IMG/VR virus record: IMGVR_UViG_3300045988_070547
Location: 1-43,393 of that record
Reading direction: 5' to 3' (one strand)
From: a virus
DNA: 43,393 nt
A program made the position numbers and the translations under genes. This document shows, one piece after another, positions 28,677-39,076 of this stretch. The notes beneath the pieces are model-generated. The model was not told where the DNA came from, searched no databases, and saw only the letters and a program-made list of their open reading frames with translations. Numbering within the stretch: the first letter of the stretch is position 1; every line of letters starts with the position of its first letter.

Positions 28677-31600
28677 CTACTTTGTAAGATGTTTGAGTGG
28701 GTCAACCGGTTCGCCGTTAATCATCATCTTGAAATCAAGGTGCGGACCCGTAGAAACTCCTGTGTTACCTGACAAGGCGACCTCCTGACCACGTGCAACC
28801 TTCTGACCTTTCCTTACCCCGACTTTAGACAAGTGGCTGTACTGAGTGACTACTCCGTTTCCATGGTCAATCTGCACGATGTTTCCATAGCCTCCTGACC
28901 ACCCTGTCGCGATAACCGTTCCGCCATCGGATGCACTAACCCTTGTGCCTTCAGGGACGGCAATGTCAATTGCTGGATGATTCGATGAAGCGCCTGCGGT
29001 AGGAGCGTTTCTGTAGCCGAAATAGGAAGTGATTGTTCCTCTTGCCGGGAAGATATACTTTCCTGTGGACTTTCCTTTACTTCCATCATCAGCCAATCCG
29101 AGTTCTTGTGCTTCCTTGTAGTACTTCGAGTCCTTAGCAATCTTCACACGGTTACGGTTTTCGTACAGATAATTGATATCCTCTTTGGTAATGCCTGCAT
29201 CCATCAGCTTTGCCAATGACTTCGCCGCACCCTCCGCATTCTCAACTTTGCACGCTTGTTTAAACTCACGTGCCGTATCTGAGTTCTCAATCATCTTTCG
29301 TGAAATGTCCTCTTTTGACCAACCCTGTTCCGCAAGGTAGTTCGTGTACTCGTCCATCCGAGAGAATGCCTTCTTATCCCACTTTTCAATGTCCTTGTGG
29401 TATCTCGTCCGAGTTTCGCTGATAATCGCTTCATTGAACTTTTCCCGAGACTCCTTCGAAACCCCACAAGCCTTCATCAACTTTTTTCTTCGCTCACAAT
29501 CCTTGTACCAATCTGTGATGGAGATTGTTCCTTCTTTAAGGTTCTTCTTCCAGTCCTTCTTGATATAGTTGACAACGGCTTCTTCACGGTACTCACCCTT
29601 CTTGTTCTGAGCTTTTGCGAGAGCCTTCTCAACATCGGCGTCAAAAGCCGCCTTTTCACGTTCCTTCTTGTCTCTCGTAAATCCCCACGAATCCAGCCTT
29701 TTATCAAGCTTCGAGCCCTCTTTGACATGCAGAAGAGCTTTAATTGTTCTACCTCCGAGTCCTTCATCGTCCCAAAATCCGTAGTCGTCGGTATCCTCTG
29801 AGTTTGTGAGCTTGTCATAAGCGCTCTTTAACTTTCCGAAAAGAGTACTTGATTCAGCGGCTTTTTCTGCCACTCCGCCGAGTTTTTTCTCTACTGCATT
29901 TGGTTCTCCAGGGACTTTTCCGCCCATCTCTTTGTATTTCTTTGCGAATACGTCAGCACGGTCTTCCGCGGCGTCCGCAAATACAGCGAATGGATCGGGT
30001 AATCCGAGAGCGTTTGTTACGGCTCCCACGTCTCTTTTAGCATTGGCAAATCCAAATCCTGCAAAGGCGAGGACTGTGTTCAAGAAGTCAACGCTGTCAC
30101 CGATTGATAAGTCGTTATCTTCTTTTTTCTTGTTGTACTTGTAGAGAGCCTTATTGATTGAGTAAAGCCAATCGGACGTAATGTTGCTCTGTGACATCAA
30201 GCTGAAATAATCAACCTCTTCACCGCTTAGCAAATCCAGTGTTGTGTTAAATACATTCCACAACTCTTCAAATCCTGGAATCTGCCGAATAGGATTCTCA
30301 TTATCCCAGAAGTTATCACCAAACAAATCTTTGAATGCCGCAAGATAGGTGATAGGTTCATCATCATCCTTCGCCTTATCCGTTTTCCTCATTGCCTGAA
30401 TGAGAGTCTTTGCAAATGCCGCCGCAAAGGAATTGATTGTAAGAACGGTAGCCATCTTCGTTACTGCCTTGGCGGCTTTCAGCTTTTTCCCGTCCTTCTT
30501 GTATCTTCCTGCTTCGATGAGAGAGTCTCTGAAGATATTGAACGTCTTAAGCGGCTCTGCCTTAAACGAGGACACCGATTTAGCAATGACATTCTTGTCA
30601 CGCATAATCTGTGCTCTGTGAAGTGGAGAGTCTACCGTTTGCGTGTAGTCGAAAATGTATGCCGCACGTTTACCGCAGTACTCAAGGAACTGTTCACTTC
30701 CAGGCTTTAAGTCTTTCCGTGTTTCCCTTGTCTCCGCTTTTACCGCCTTCCAAATGTGGAGCCATGTTCTAAGGTCTGCCGCTTCATAAACACCCATAGC
30801 GAGCGTATCACGAATAGGCTTATGGTTCATGATAATGTCCTCTGATGAGCGTGAGAAGTTCAGTTCGTGGTTTCCTTGGAACTTCCACCACGTAATAGGG
30901 CAATACTTGTTCATCTCATCGATAAGAGCGTTTCGCTTCTTCGCCTGAATCTTCGCCGGAAGCATTGTGTCTTTAGGACTCCGCAGGAAGAAATACTTCG
31001 GGCTAATGGTCATCCACGCTCTGCAAACTGCCGTGTACTGCTGTGCCCACACGCTAAGGTTTGCGGCAATAGCAGCTCTTTTGTAGTTATTCATTCCTGC
31101 ATTGATAATCTTTGACCAACCGTCAATATTCTTATCCTGCTGGTGTCTGAAGTCATTGATGATATTCTTTGTGTAGTCGATAGACTGAGTACCGAACGCA
31201 CGAATCATCTGTTCGCTTACATTCCCTGTGTTCAGAAGACGTGCAATGTCTTTCAGTGCCTTCTGTGAAGAAGCGTACAGATTCATCTCATCGCAGTGAC
31301 GAGCAAATACCCTGATACAATCCTCAATCACAAGAGCGTTCTCTGCCTTCTCGTTTACGTTCTTACTCCATCCAGGGTCAGGAATGCCCGCAATTCCATT
31401 GTAGCCTGTTTCGAGGTTTTTAAACTTTCCGTCCTGTACTGTGTACATCGGAAAATACTTATCTTCCTCAAACAAGCGAACTCCGTACATAGCCATGGAG
31501 GCTTTGTTTCCACGCTCTGCAATTACTGTTGAAAGGTAGTCCTGCATTGCGTTTGCGAACTTCTTCTGCTGTGGTGTAAGCCGTGAGAACATATCTGCTA

Positions 31601-34600
31601 AGTCAGCGTCGGTAACTGCCACCGATTCATAGTCCGTCATGTCACGCATGAGAACCTTATCGGCGACTTTCTCCCGAATCTTTCGCCCGTCCTTCTTAAC
31701 GATAGGAACACGGATGCCTTCTCCGTAGATATGCCGCATCGCCGCTTTACGTTTCGCCAGCAGATACAGTGACATAATCTGTGTGTCGCTTACATCAATT
31801 TTCTTTCCTGATTCAAGCTCAATCTCGTTCCTGTGGTCCTGCCACTTCTGAGCGTCACTGTGACCGCCATTAAGGCGTAACCACCGTTTATTGCCAGGAA
31901 GTGTTTCAACGAACTCTGCTGTTTCCTTCGTGTACTGGAAATACTCATCCTGAGACTTTCTGAGTACGTCCCAAATGTGACTGAACGTGCCACCCGCATT
32001 CTTGAAAAAGCTCATAGGGGTTACGTTATCAAAGTTCACAAAGTCACGAACCAAGCCATAAGCCCCCTTGAATTTCTTCGCTTCTCCGTATCTCTTAATA
32101 GTATCCTCGAAATCAGAGCAAATGCTATCGCTGATTCTTTTGAACGACTCTTTATGTCCGTTCAGTTCCATCTTCTGCCCTTCGGTAATCTCAAATCGAA
32201 TGCCATCGAGAACGTTCTTTACGAGATTCAGCTCCTCTAAATCCATATCTCTCATAGGCTTTCCAATCGAGGCGAGCTGTTCCATGTTGCTCATGAGAAC
32301 GTCATTCTCTGTGAACATGCCCTGATATTCCTTCTCTTTAGAAATTTCAAGCATAGCGTCTCTTAATGCGTGGAGCTTCAATGCCGCACCTGTAGGCACG
32401 CCAGTTTTCTCAATGCTTCTCTGCTCTGCCTTAATCGAGTTTGCCGACTGAATGTCGAGTGCTACAAGAGCTTGTGCTAGTGGTCTTCGAATCTCTTGCG
32501 GGATGTTCTTATCGTACCTCCGCTCCTTTGTGAGAAGTCTTGACGAAAGCCATGCATAGTTCACGTTGATTTTATCAAGAACCTTTTTAGTCTCTTCACG
32601 CAGTTTCCGCTTTTCTTCTTTCGCCTTGTTCTTTTCCTTTACTTTCTCGATACGCTTATCTCGAGCATCAAGCATTTTCTTATACTTCGTTTCCTGGGAT
32701 TCGAGTTTCTTCTCATACTTCTTCTCCCTATTTTCCGCCGTAGCTTTCGTTTTACCCAATTCATTTTTCGTGTCTTTCAGTTCGGCGGCGAGAGCGTCCC
32801 GTTCACCTTTAAGGCGGTTCTTCATCGTGTCGTACTTTTCCTTCTGCTTATCGGCATAGGTTTTATACGATTCCGCATCCTGAACAAGGATTTCCGAAAG
32901 GTCGTTTACGAGAGTCTTTTTCATTTGGTTGCAATCATAGATAACATCAAAGCCTTGTTCTCTGTATATCCAGTCTTCCCACTGCCGCATTCCTTCCTCA
33001 ACGATGTCTGGGAGGCTGTCGTCGTTATGAATTTCTTTCATATCATATAGCGGACCACCTAATGTCGAATATTCTGTACCAAATAGCAAGCGTGATAAAG
33101 TCGGGAGGTTTTCTAACCAATGGTCGGAATTTGCCTGCTTCTCAATCTGTCCAGCCTCAACCATTTGACCGAACACTCCTCTACGACTGCTGTCCGCGTG
33201 CCTTATTGTTACAAAGCGATATCTCTTATTCCTATCGGTTAGTGTTTCACCCCATCCTCTACCGCTATGTTTGTTTCCGTTTCTATCTCTAGCGATATAA
33301 ATAGGGTTCTTCCTAAGTTCTCTCTTTGCCACGATGAAGTCACTCATATCATCGTTTTCATAGTTCTCACGAACCACGTCCACAATCTCTTCACTTGCTT
33401 TTTCCAATACGTCGTAAACAACATCCATATTCGGATGTTCTTTCTGAAGTTCATAGTATGCTGTTGAGAGAGCGTCTACCGTAAAATCTCTTGTCTCACG
33501 CATGGTCTTCTTCGACATTACAGTGTCCGTGCCGACAACCTCGTGCAGAAGGTCGCTAACCTTGTTCTTCACGGACTTTGCGTCCAACACCTGACCATGT
33601 GTAAGTTTCTTGTCTGCCTTAAGCGGTTCAATAACAGAATCGATAGTTTCCTTAATTTCCGCTCTCGTGTCGATGTTATCCTGTTCAATCATAGGATTGA
33701 ATCGTGGGAACGACTGTTTCTTGAAGTCCTTGTGTTCCTCATTCTCTTCATTCCAGTTGATAAGTTCGGATATAAGTTCACTGTCTTCACTGTTCTCATT
33801 GTTAGTGAAACCTTTAAGATAATTATTGTATTTATCATCATATGTAGTGTCCACGGATTCCTGTTCTAATCCATTACGCCGTCTGTACTCGATTAACTGT
33901 GCTACACGCTCCATTCTTTCGTCAAGCTCTCCCCTCTGAGAAATGAGCTTATTCTTTTCTTCACGCTCTTCTGCCGTTAAAGTTCTTATCGGTTCAAAGT
34001 TTTCATCTACTTCAGCGTATTCGGCGATTGCTTTATCTATGCGATCGTATTCCTCCTGGTCGGAAGCCGTCCACCGCTCTTCTCCGTATTCTCTGAGCTG
34101 TTTTTCATACTCGTCTTTGTTTAAGTGGTGTATATAATATTCATCCATTTGCGGTTCATAATCAGGTGAATATTCATCGTTTACGGAATATGCTTTTTCT
34201 TCACGCTGTACCATCTTTCCAAGACCCATAGCAAGCTTTTTGTTGTGGAGTGCTGTTGCCAAAAACTCTTCGGCATCCTTAAGAAGATTGTACTGAGAGA
34301 ACAGAGCTTCCTTGTATCTGCTGTCGAACTGATTTCCGAGACCGAATATATCCCGAATCTTTCTGATTACCCTTCTAACGGCGTTTAAAAGCGTTCTGCC
34401 GGCTTTAAAATGCTTTTCGGTAATTCTGTCCATGAACTTATCATCGTGCAGAATTTCGCCCATCTGAGAGCAAATAACCTCTTCCAATGCCTGCTCATCG
34501 TTAAGCTCTTTCCCCGCATTCTTGTAGCGTTCTTTCACGCTCTCAATTGTCTTCTTGAAGTTCTCCGCATTATCCTGTGTCCACATCGTCTTGAATGCTT

Positions 34601-37600
34601 TAGCAAGGTTTGTGTACCCTTTGGAATCATAATCCTTGATACCGTGGACAAGCTCATGCATTGCAGTATATGCCATATTTTCAGAAGGTGTAGCCGAATT
34701 CAGAATAATCGTATTCGTTGCATAGTCAAACAGACCGTTCACATCGGCTCCGTTTGTGTAGCTCTGAATGTCTTCGGTCAATTCAATGTTCACCGAGAAG
34801 ATATCGGCAAACTGTTTCAACGCTTTTCTTGTTTCGGCGGTCACATTGCCGTTTGCCTTTACGGTAAATCCATTCCCCGATGAATCGATTTTACCCGCTC
34901 CAATCATGGAGTCTACATCCTCTTCCTTGAATCCGTAGTTCTCCACAATGTCACGCTTGATAGTATCAAGTATGTTATCAGGCTTTCCTTCCTTCGCCGC
35001 ATTATACGCACGCTCCATCTGCCGCATGAGAACGTTGTAATCCGCTTCGGATGAAACGTCTGCTTTGCTTGAAATCTCCTGTACTACGCTTTGTCCGATA
35101 GAGCCCATGTTATTCGAGTACTCGGATTCATATCTGCCACGTACTTCGTTCTTGTACACTTCGTTCTCTTCCCGTGCAAGGGTAACAAAATTATCTGCCG
35201 CCTTTGCAAAAAGGTATTCTCTTGTTGCCCTGTTTGTTTCAACCGCATTCAATGTGCCGTCGCTGTTCAGCTCCTGCGGTAACTTCTCTCCGGTCGCCTG
35301 TTCAAATACCTCACGCTCTTCTGTTTTGTTAGACATAAGAGTTTCCACGTCTTCTGGATTCAGCGTTCCTGTTTCAAGGTTTCCTGCCGCTCTTGCTACG
35401 TCGCCAATCTGAGCATCGTCAAGTCGCCTATCTTCATCAAAAGACTTGTTCATTTCATTTGCCGTGTCGGTGACTTTCTTTATAACCTCGTCTCCGTGCT
35501 GTTGAGCGAGTCGAGACGATCCATTAACAAGTCTGTCTGCCCCTGCGTCAAGCTTCTCATTCTGAGCTTTCTGCATAGCTAAATTCCGTGCAGTCTGAAT
35601 AGACTCAGAGTCCTTTGTCATCTGAGTATTGATAGCATGAGCAAGTTCAGCGTACTGCTCCAAGGCAATGTCCGTTCCCTCGTTAGCAGTATCTTTAATT
35701 GCTTGTGCTCTTGTGGAAATTTTGCTATCCTCCACATTCACCGCAATATCCGCGAGTGCCTGTGCCGTGTTATAACTTGAAACCTTTTCCGAGAGTACGT
35801 TCTTGAGAATTTCAGGACTGAGATTATCGTTGAGTCCTCTCATGCTCTTCATTGCATAGTTCTGCTTCAGACTGTCTCTAACATCTGCTCCGTAGGAAAG
35901 AACACGACCATTAGTTGCTACACCTGTTACTGCTGTCATAATGTATGCAGAAGCCATGGCATCCAAAGTGTCGGAAGCAGAGAATTTCTGTTTCACGGAA
36001 ACACCTTTCATGTATTCTGCCGTCATTTCATCTTCAAATTTCTTCGCCTTTTTAGAGTCGCCTGAAATGCTTGCGGATAGATACTTTTGCATTTTTTCTG
36101 CCATGGAAACAGCCTGTTTCTGACTCATTCCCGAATCCACATAGGATTGAATCAGCTCTTCCGAAAACTCTTTACTGTTAATGTCTTCTCCGTAAGCCTT
36201 CGCCAGTTCTTCCCTGCTGACTCCATACTGAGCCGCCTCATTAGAGATTCTATCTTCAAGGCTATCTGAACCGCTGAGAAGCATTTCACGGTAGCTCTTT
36301 TCTCTCCGAGAATCTACGGCGTTCCCATAGGAAAGGTTCGCAATAGGCGCATCCAAAATCCCGCCTATAAGTTCTTCTGTTGCTTCTTCTGTTCCACCGA
36401 GTGCAAGCTTTGCGCCCGAATAAGCCACATTAGCCGCTACGTTTCCGAATCTGTTTCCGACCCCTACGGCGAGTCTATCAAGTGCGGTTGACTTTAAAGC
36501 ACCGAGCCCAGTTTTCTCAAGAGCCGCTCCTGCTCCAGTGAGCTTGCTTGCGAGACCTGCTCCAGCGAACATGTACTCTGTGCCAGTCTCTTTTAATGCT
36601 TGTAGCACGGAATACAGTCTATCTTCACCAACTGTTGCTCCCTGCGCCTCTGCACTACCTCTTGTGTTACCGTACGTTCTAGCTGCCATGGACACAGCCC
36701 AATACGGACCGAATGTCATGTCTGCCGCCGTGCCGAGTCCTGACGTATAGGCACCCATGAGGATTTTCTCAAAGCGTGTTAATCCTTCCATGGATTTTTC
36801 AACCTGTCTGTCTCCGCTTGCCTGAATCTTCTCTCCAACGGAATACAAAGCCTTCCCTGGATTATACATGCCGCCACTACGCATATACTGCTCTGCGTTG
36901 TTGTAGCCGTCCTTAACCCCTCTGAGAGTGTTCTTAGTGCCCTCTGACACGTCCTTTCGCTGAATCTGACTATTGATAAATCTTTCTTCTTCGAACTTGT
37001 TTGCCTTAACGATAGAAGCTCCGCCGTGTCTTGTGTACACGTCCGCAACGTCGCCAGCAGTCTTTGCAAAGCCTCCGACAATCTGTTTCCCTGTTCCGAC
37101 TGTAGCGTCACTTAATCTCTCATCAGCATGAGCCAACTTCGTATTGGACAAATCGATACGGTTATTATCCATTCTCCGAGAAGCTGTAGAACCGTTCTGA
37201 TGTTCTCCCATCTCCATAGGGGAAGCACCATAGGAAACCTTTTCCTTGCTCCGATTTTTCGATAGCTGCTTTTTGGTTTCTTCGAGCTTTTTCTGATTCT
37301 CAATCTCAACCTGTCTATCCGACTTGTCGGAAATTCTGCGCAATGAAACAGCCTGATTCTCACGCTCTGTTTCTTCGTTCTTCTTAATCCGCTGAGCTTC
37401 TTCGTAGTACTTGCCCGATTTATTCTTCACGCTCTCACGAACAGCGTTAACGTCCTTGTTGAAGTTGTTCCCGAGCTGAGAGCTACCGTTAGAGCCACTC
37501 TCTTTCACTTTTGCCTGAAGATTCTTCCGTGCGGTTTCCGCTTCAATGCGATCCTGATTATTCTTTTTAACCTCTGCCATTCCGCGAACCGCTTCTTGCT

Positions 37601-38294
37601 GATTCGCGTTCTTCGTTCCGTTGAACTTCCCTTCGTGCTGTTTCTGCCCTGAAGACTCCTGCTCCATGTAGTCTTTTGCACGCTGTCTGTTCTGTTCGGT
37701 TATTTCATTCTCAATCTTGACTTGCTTCTCATGAATAGGTTCAGTCTGCTGTTCAGACATTACGCCGTCATGGAGTTTGGACGGACTGGAAGTTTTCGAG
37801 TAGCGATTTTCTACCGCCTTAATTCCCTCTCTTCTCTGCTTCTCAATAGCCTGCTGTCTCTCACGCTTTTCAGGGTTATACTTTGCCGTTTCCCTTGTCG
37901 CCTGAAAAGTATTTCCGAGACGAGAAGTAGACGAACGTTCCCTGTTGAGGTAACTGTTCGCCGCTTTTTTTCGTGATTCATAACTATCACGCTGAGAAGT
38001 AGATGGTGTGGAAACACTCTGAACCCTTCTCTTTACTTCCTTCTTGCTTTTGTTCGCATTGGTAGATTGAAAAGTGTTTCCTGTAGAGCCGTTTCCCGAA
38101 TGTATGTTTTGATACTCTCTATAAGCCTGACTACCGCTCTTTTTAGGAGTGGACTTCTTTACTTCATTTACACGCTTGCTTACTTCTTTCTTGCTTTTAT
38201 TCGTGTTAGTAGAAAGGAAAGAGTTCCCTGAAGAACCCTTTCCTTTGTGGGCTTTAAGATACGCTTCATACGCTTTCTTATCTTTCTTTCCCAA
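28677..38294 (-). CDS. Giant 3,205-aa polyvalent-type protein (basic N-terminal repeats, TMP-like hydrophobic segment, zincin HExxH module, coiled coil, large unknown region, C-terminal M23 peptidase)
   Basis: Single uninterrupted ORF. Probable TTG start at 38294 with AAAGGGG 7 nt upstream. See the domain features and findings. Confidence 0.85.
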   Translation of the reverse strand: MGKKDKKAYEAYLKAHKGKGSSGNSFLSTNTNKSKKEVSKRVNEVKKSTPKKSGSQAYREYQNIHSGNGSTGNTFQSTNANKSKKEVKRRVQSVSTPSTSQRDSYESRKKAANSYLNRERSSTSRLGNTFQATRETAKYNPEKRERQQAIEKQRREGIKAVENRYSKTSSPSKLHDGVMSEQQTEPIHEKQVKIENEITEQNRQRAKDYMEQESSGQKQHEGKFNGTKNANQQEAVRGMAEVKKNNQDRIEAETARKNLQAKVKESGSNGSSQLGNNFNKDVNAVRESVKNKSGKYYEEAQRIKKNEETERENQAVSLRRISDKSDRQVEIENQKKLEETKKQLSKNRSKEKVSYGASPMEMGEHQNGSTASRRMDNNRIDLSNTKLAHADERLSDATVGTGKQIVGGFAKTAGDVADVYTRHGGASIVKANKFEEERFINSQIQRKDVSEGTKNTLRGVKDGYNNAEQYMRSGGMYNPGKALYSVGEKIQASGDRQVEKSMEGLTRFEKILMGAYTSGLGTAADMTFGPYWAVSMAARTYGNTRGSAEAQGATVGEDRLYSVLQALKETGTEYMFAGAGLASKLTGAGAALEKTGLGALKSTALDRLAVGVGNRFGNVAANVAYSGAKLALGGTEEATEELIGGILDAPIANLSYGNAVDSRREKSYREMLLSGSDSLEDRISNEAAQYGVSREELAKAYGEDINSKEFSEELIQSYVDSGMSQKQAVSMAEKMQKYLSASISGDSKKAKKFEDEMTAEYMKGVSVKQKFSASDTLDAMASAYIMTAVTGVATNGRVLSYGADVRDSLKQNYAMKSMRGLNDNLSPEILKNVLSEKVSSYNTAQALADIAVNVEDSKISTRAQAIKDTANEGTDIALEQYAELAHAINTQMTKDSESIQTARNLAMQKAQNEKLDAGADRLVNGSSRLAQQHGDEVIKKVTDTANEMNKSFDEDRRLDDAQIGDVARAAGNLETGTLNPEDVETLMSNKTEEREVFEQATGEKLPQELNSDGTLNAVETNRATREYLFAKAADNFVTLAREENEVYKNEVRGRYESEYSNNMGSIGQSVVQEISSKADVSSEADYNVLMRQMERAYNAAKEGKPDNILDTIKRDIVENYGFKEEDVDSMIGAGKIDSSGNGFTVKANGNVTAETRKALKQFADIFSVNIELTEDIQSYTNGADVNGLFDYATNTIILNSATPSENMAYTAMHELVHGIKDYDSKGYTNLAKAFKTMWTQDNAENFKKTIESVKERYKNAGKELNDEQALEEVICSQMGEILHDDKFMDRITEKHFKAGRTLLNAVRRVIRKIRDIFGLGNQFDSRYKEALFSQYNLLKDAEEFLATALHNKKLAMGLGKMVQREEKAYSVNDEYSPDYEPQMDEYYIHHLNKDEYEKQLREYGEERWTASDQEEYDRIDKAIAEYAEVDENFEPIRTLTAEEREEKNKLISQRGELDERMERVAQLIEYRRRNGLEQESVDTTYDDKYNNYLKGFTNNENSEDSELISELINWNEENEEHKDFKKQSFPRFNPMIEQDNIDTRAEIKETIDSVIEPLKADKKLTHGQVLDAKSVKNKVSDLLHEVVGTDTVMSKKTMRETRDFTVDALSTAYYELQKEHPNMDVVYDVLEKASEEIVDVVRENYENDDMSDFIVAKRELRKNPIYIARDRNGNKHSGRGWGETLTDRNKRYRFVTIRHADSSRRGVFGQMVEAGQIEKQANSDHWLENLPTLSRLLFGTEYSTLGGPLYDMKEIHNDDSLPDIVEEGMRQWEDWIYREQGFDVIYDCNQMKKTLVNDLSEILVQDAESYKTYADKQKEKYDTMKNRLKGERDALAAELKDTKNELGKTKATAENREKKYEKKLESQETKYKKMLDARDKRIEKVKEKNKAKEEKRKLREETKKVLDKINVNYAWLSSRLLTKERRYDKNIPQEIRRPLAQALVALDIQSANSIKAEQRSIEKTGVPTGAALKLHALRDAMLEISKEKEYQGMFTENDVLMSNMEQLASIGKPMRDMDLEELNLVKNVLDGIRFEITEGQKMELNGHKESFKRISDSICSDFEDTIKRYGEAKKFKGAYGLVRDFVNFDNVTPMSFFKNAGGTFSHIWDVLRKSQDEYFQYTKETAEFVETLPGNKRWLRLNGGHSDAQKWQDHRNEIELESGKKIDVSDTQIMSLYLLAKRKAAMRHIYGEGIRVPIVKKDGRKIREKVADKVLMRDMTDYESVAVTDADLADMFSRLTPQQKKFANAMQDYLSTVIAERGNKASMAMYGVRLFEEDKYFPMYTVQDGKFKNLETGYNGIAGIPDPGWSKNVNEKAENALVIEDCIRVFARHCDEMNLYASSQKALKDIARLLNTGNVSEQMIRAFGTQSIDYTKNIINDFRHQQDKNIDGWSKIINAGMNNYKRAAIAANLSVWAQQYTAVCRAWMTISPKYFFLRSPKDTMLPAKIQAKKRNALIDEMNKYCPITWWKFQGNHELNFSRSSEDIIMNHKPIRDTLAMGVYEAADLRTWLHIWKAVKAETRETRKDLKPGSEQFLEYCGKRAAYIFDYTQTVDSPLHRAQIMRDKNVIAKSVSSFKAEPLKTFNIFRDSLIEAGRYKKDGKKLKAAKAVTKMATVLTINSFAAAFAKTLIQAMRKTDKAKDDDEPITYLAAFKDLFGDNFWDNENPIRQIPGFEELWNVFNTTLDLLSGEEVDYFSLMSQSNITSDWLYSINKALYKYNKKKEDNDLSIGDSVDFLNTVLAFAGFGFANAKRDVGAVTNALGLPDPFAVFADAAEDRADVFAKKYKEMGGKVPGEPNAVEKKLGGVAEKAAESSTLFGKLKSAYDKLTNSEDTDDYGFWDDEGLGGRTIKALLHVKEGSKLDKRLDSWGFTRDKKEREKAAFDADVEKALAKAQNKKGEYREEAVVNYIKKDWKKNLKEGTISITDWYKDCERRKKLMKACGVSKESREKFNEAIISETRTRYHKDIEKWDKKAFSRMDEYTNYLAEQGWSKEDISRKMIENSDTAREFKQACKVENAEGAAKSLAKLMDAGITKEDINYLYENRNRVKIAKDSKYYKEAQELGLADDGSKGKSTGKYIFPARGTITSYFGYRNAPTAGASSNHPAIDIAVPEGTRVSASDGGTVIATGWSGGYGNIVQIDHGNGVVTQYSHLSKVGVRKGQKVARGQEVALSGNTGVSTGPHLDFKMMINGEPVDPLKHLTK
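28680..29057 (-). other. M23/LytM peptidoglycan endopeptidase domain (last 126 aa of the giant ORF)
   Basis: YIFPARGTITSYFGYR...HPAIDIAVPEGTRV...GYGNIVQIDHGNG..TQYSHLS...GNTGVSTGPHLDF carries the HxxxD and HxH-type M23 signatures. Confidence 0.85.
34425..34907 (-). other. Zincin-like metallopeptidase module of the giant ORF (HELVH at nt 34644-34658, aa 1213-1217)
   Basis: ...NGLFDYATNTIILNSATPSENMAYTAMHELVHGIKDY.... HExxH read directly from atgcatgagcttgtccacgg on the minus strand. Confidence 0.6.
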
Positions 38295-38308
38295 GGCAAT
38301 GCCCCTTT

Positions 38309-39034
38309 CTATTTCTTTTTATTCTTTTGAAGTTTGGATGCCGCCGCCGTTACTTTATCGGCAAAGGACTTTCCACCCGAACCACCGCTAGAGCCTGTGG
38401 AGGTCGAGGCGCTAGGTGAATAATAAGTGCTTCCGCTACTTCTTCTGCCACCTCCGCTACTCTTCCGAGAAGACCTCCGACCCCCAGAAGAGCTACTTTT
38501 TTTTGCTTGATATACATTCACGTTGTAGTTCAGGCGATTCATGAGAGAATCTTCCTTGAAGTTCTTACCCTGCCAATAGTTGTTGTTGTTCTGCTCATAT
38601 CCCCACTGACTATCCGATACCTTGTCTCTGTACCGTCCGTATGACGTGTCGTCTGCGTCTCTAAGTGCGGACAAGGAAGTGGAAGCTCGATTATACGCCT
38701 TGTCTTCAAGCTCCATAGCCTTTGTGGCAAATTCTGCGTTGTAGTCGTTCCTTGACTGCTGAGCCGCACTGACCGCATAGCTTGTTCCGAATCCTCCGTT
38801 GAGTGCCGCCGCATCCCCCATTGTATTCCTAGCCGCCTGTTCGCCACGTTGTGTGTACAGTTTCGAAAGCGACTGATAACTAGCGTCCTTTGTGGGGTCG
38901 TACTTCCAATTAACGACATTATCAAGGGCACTTGAAAGCTGTTTGTCGTAAGCACCCTTATATCCAGCAGGTGCTTTGTATGTAGGTGCTTTGACTGTTG
39001 GGGCTTTAGTGCTTACATACTTTATTCCGCCCAT
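38309..39034 (-). CDS. Hypothetical protein (241 aa) with Ser/Gly/Arg-rich C-terminus, co-transcribed with the giant ORF
   Basis: AAAGGAG SD. ...KKSSSSGGRRSSRKSSGGGRRSSGSTYYSPSASTSTGSSGGSGGK.... No family recognised. Confidence 0.55.
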   Translation of the reverse strand: MGGIKYVSTKAPTVKAPTYKAPAGYKGAYDKQLSSALDNVVNWKYDPTKDASYQSLSKLYTQRGEQAARNTMGDAAALNGGFGTSYAVSAAQQSRNDYNAEFATKAMELEDKAYNRASTSLSALRDADDTSYGRYRDKVSDSQWGYEQNNNNYWQGKNFKEDSLMNRLNYNVNVYQAKKSSSSGGRRSSRKSSGGGRRSSGSTYYSPSASTSTGSSGGSGGKSFADKVTAAASKLQKNKKK

Positions 39035-39076
39035 TACTTATACTCCTTTCGTAAGCATGTTTTTGTTTTAGCATAT

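Noticed and set aside
28677-38294. The giant ORF, considered as a virion RNA polymerase (N4-like or crAss-like).
   Set aside because: I found no DxDGD-type double-psi-barrel motif and no T7-like motif A/B/C set. One AKRKAAMRHIYG segment only superficially resembles motif B and has the wrong spacing. Not supported without profile searches.
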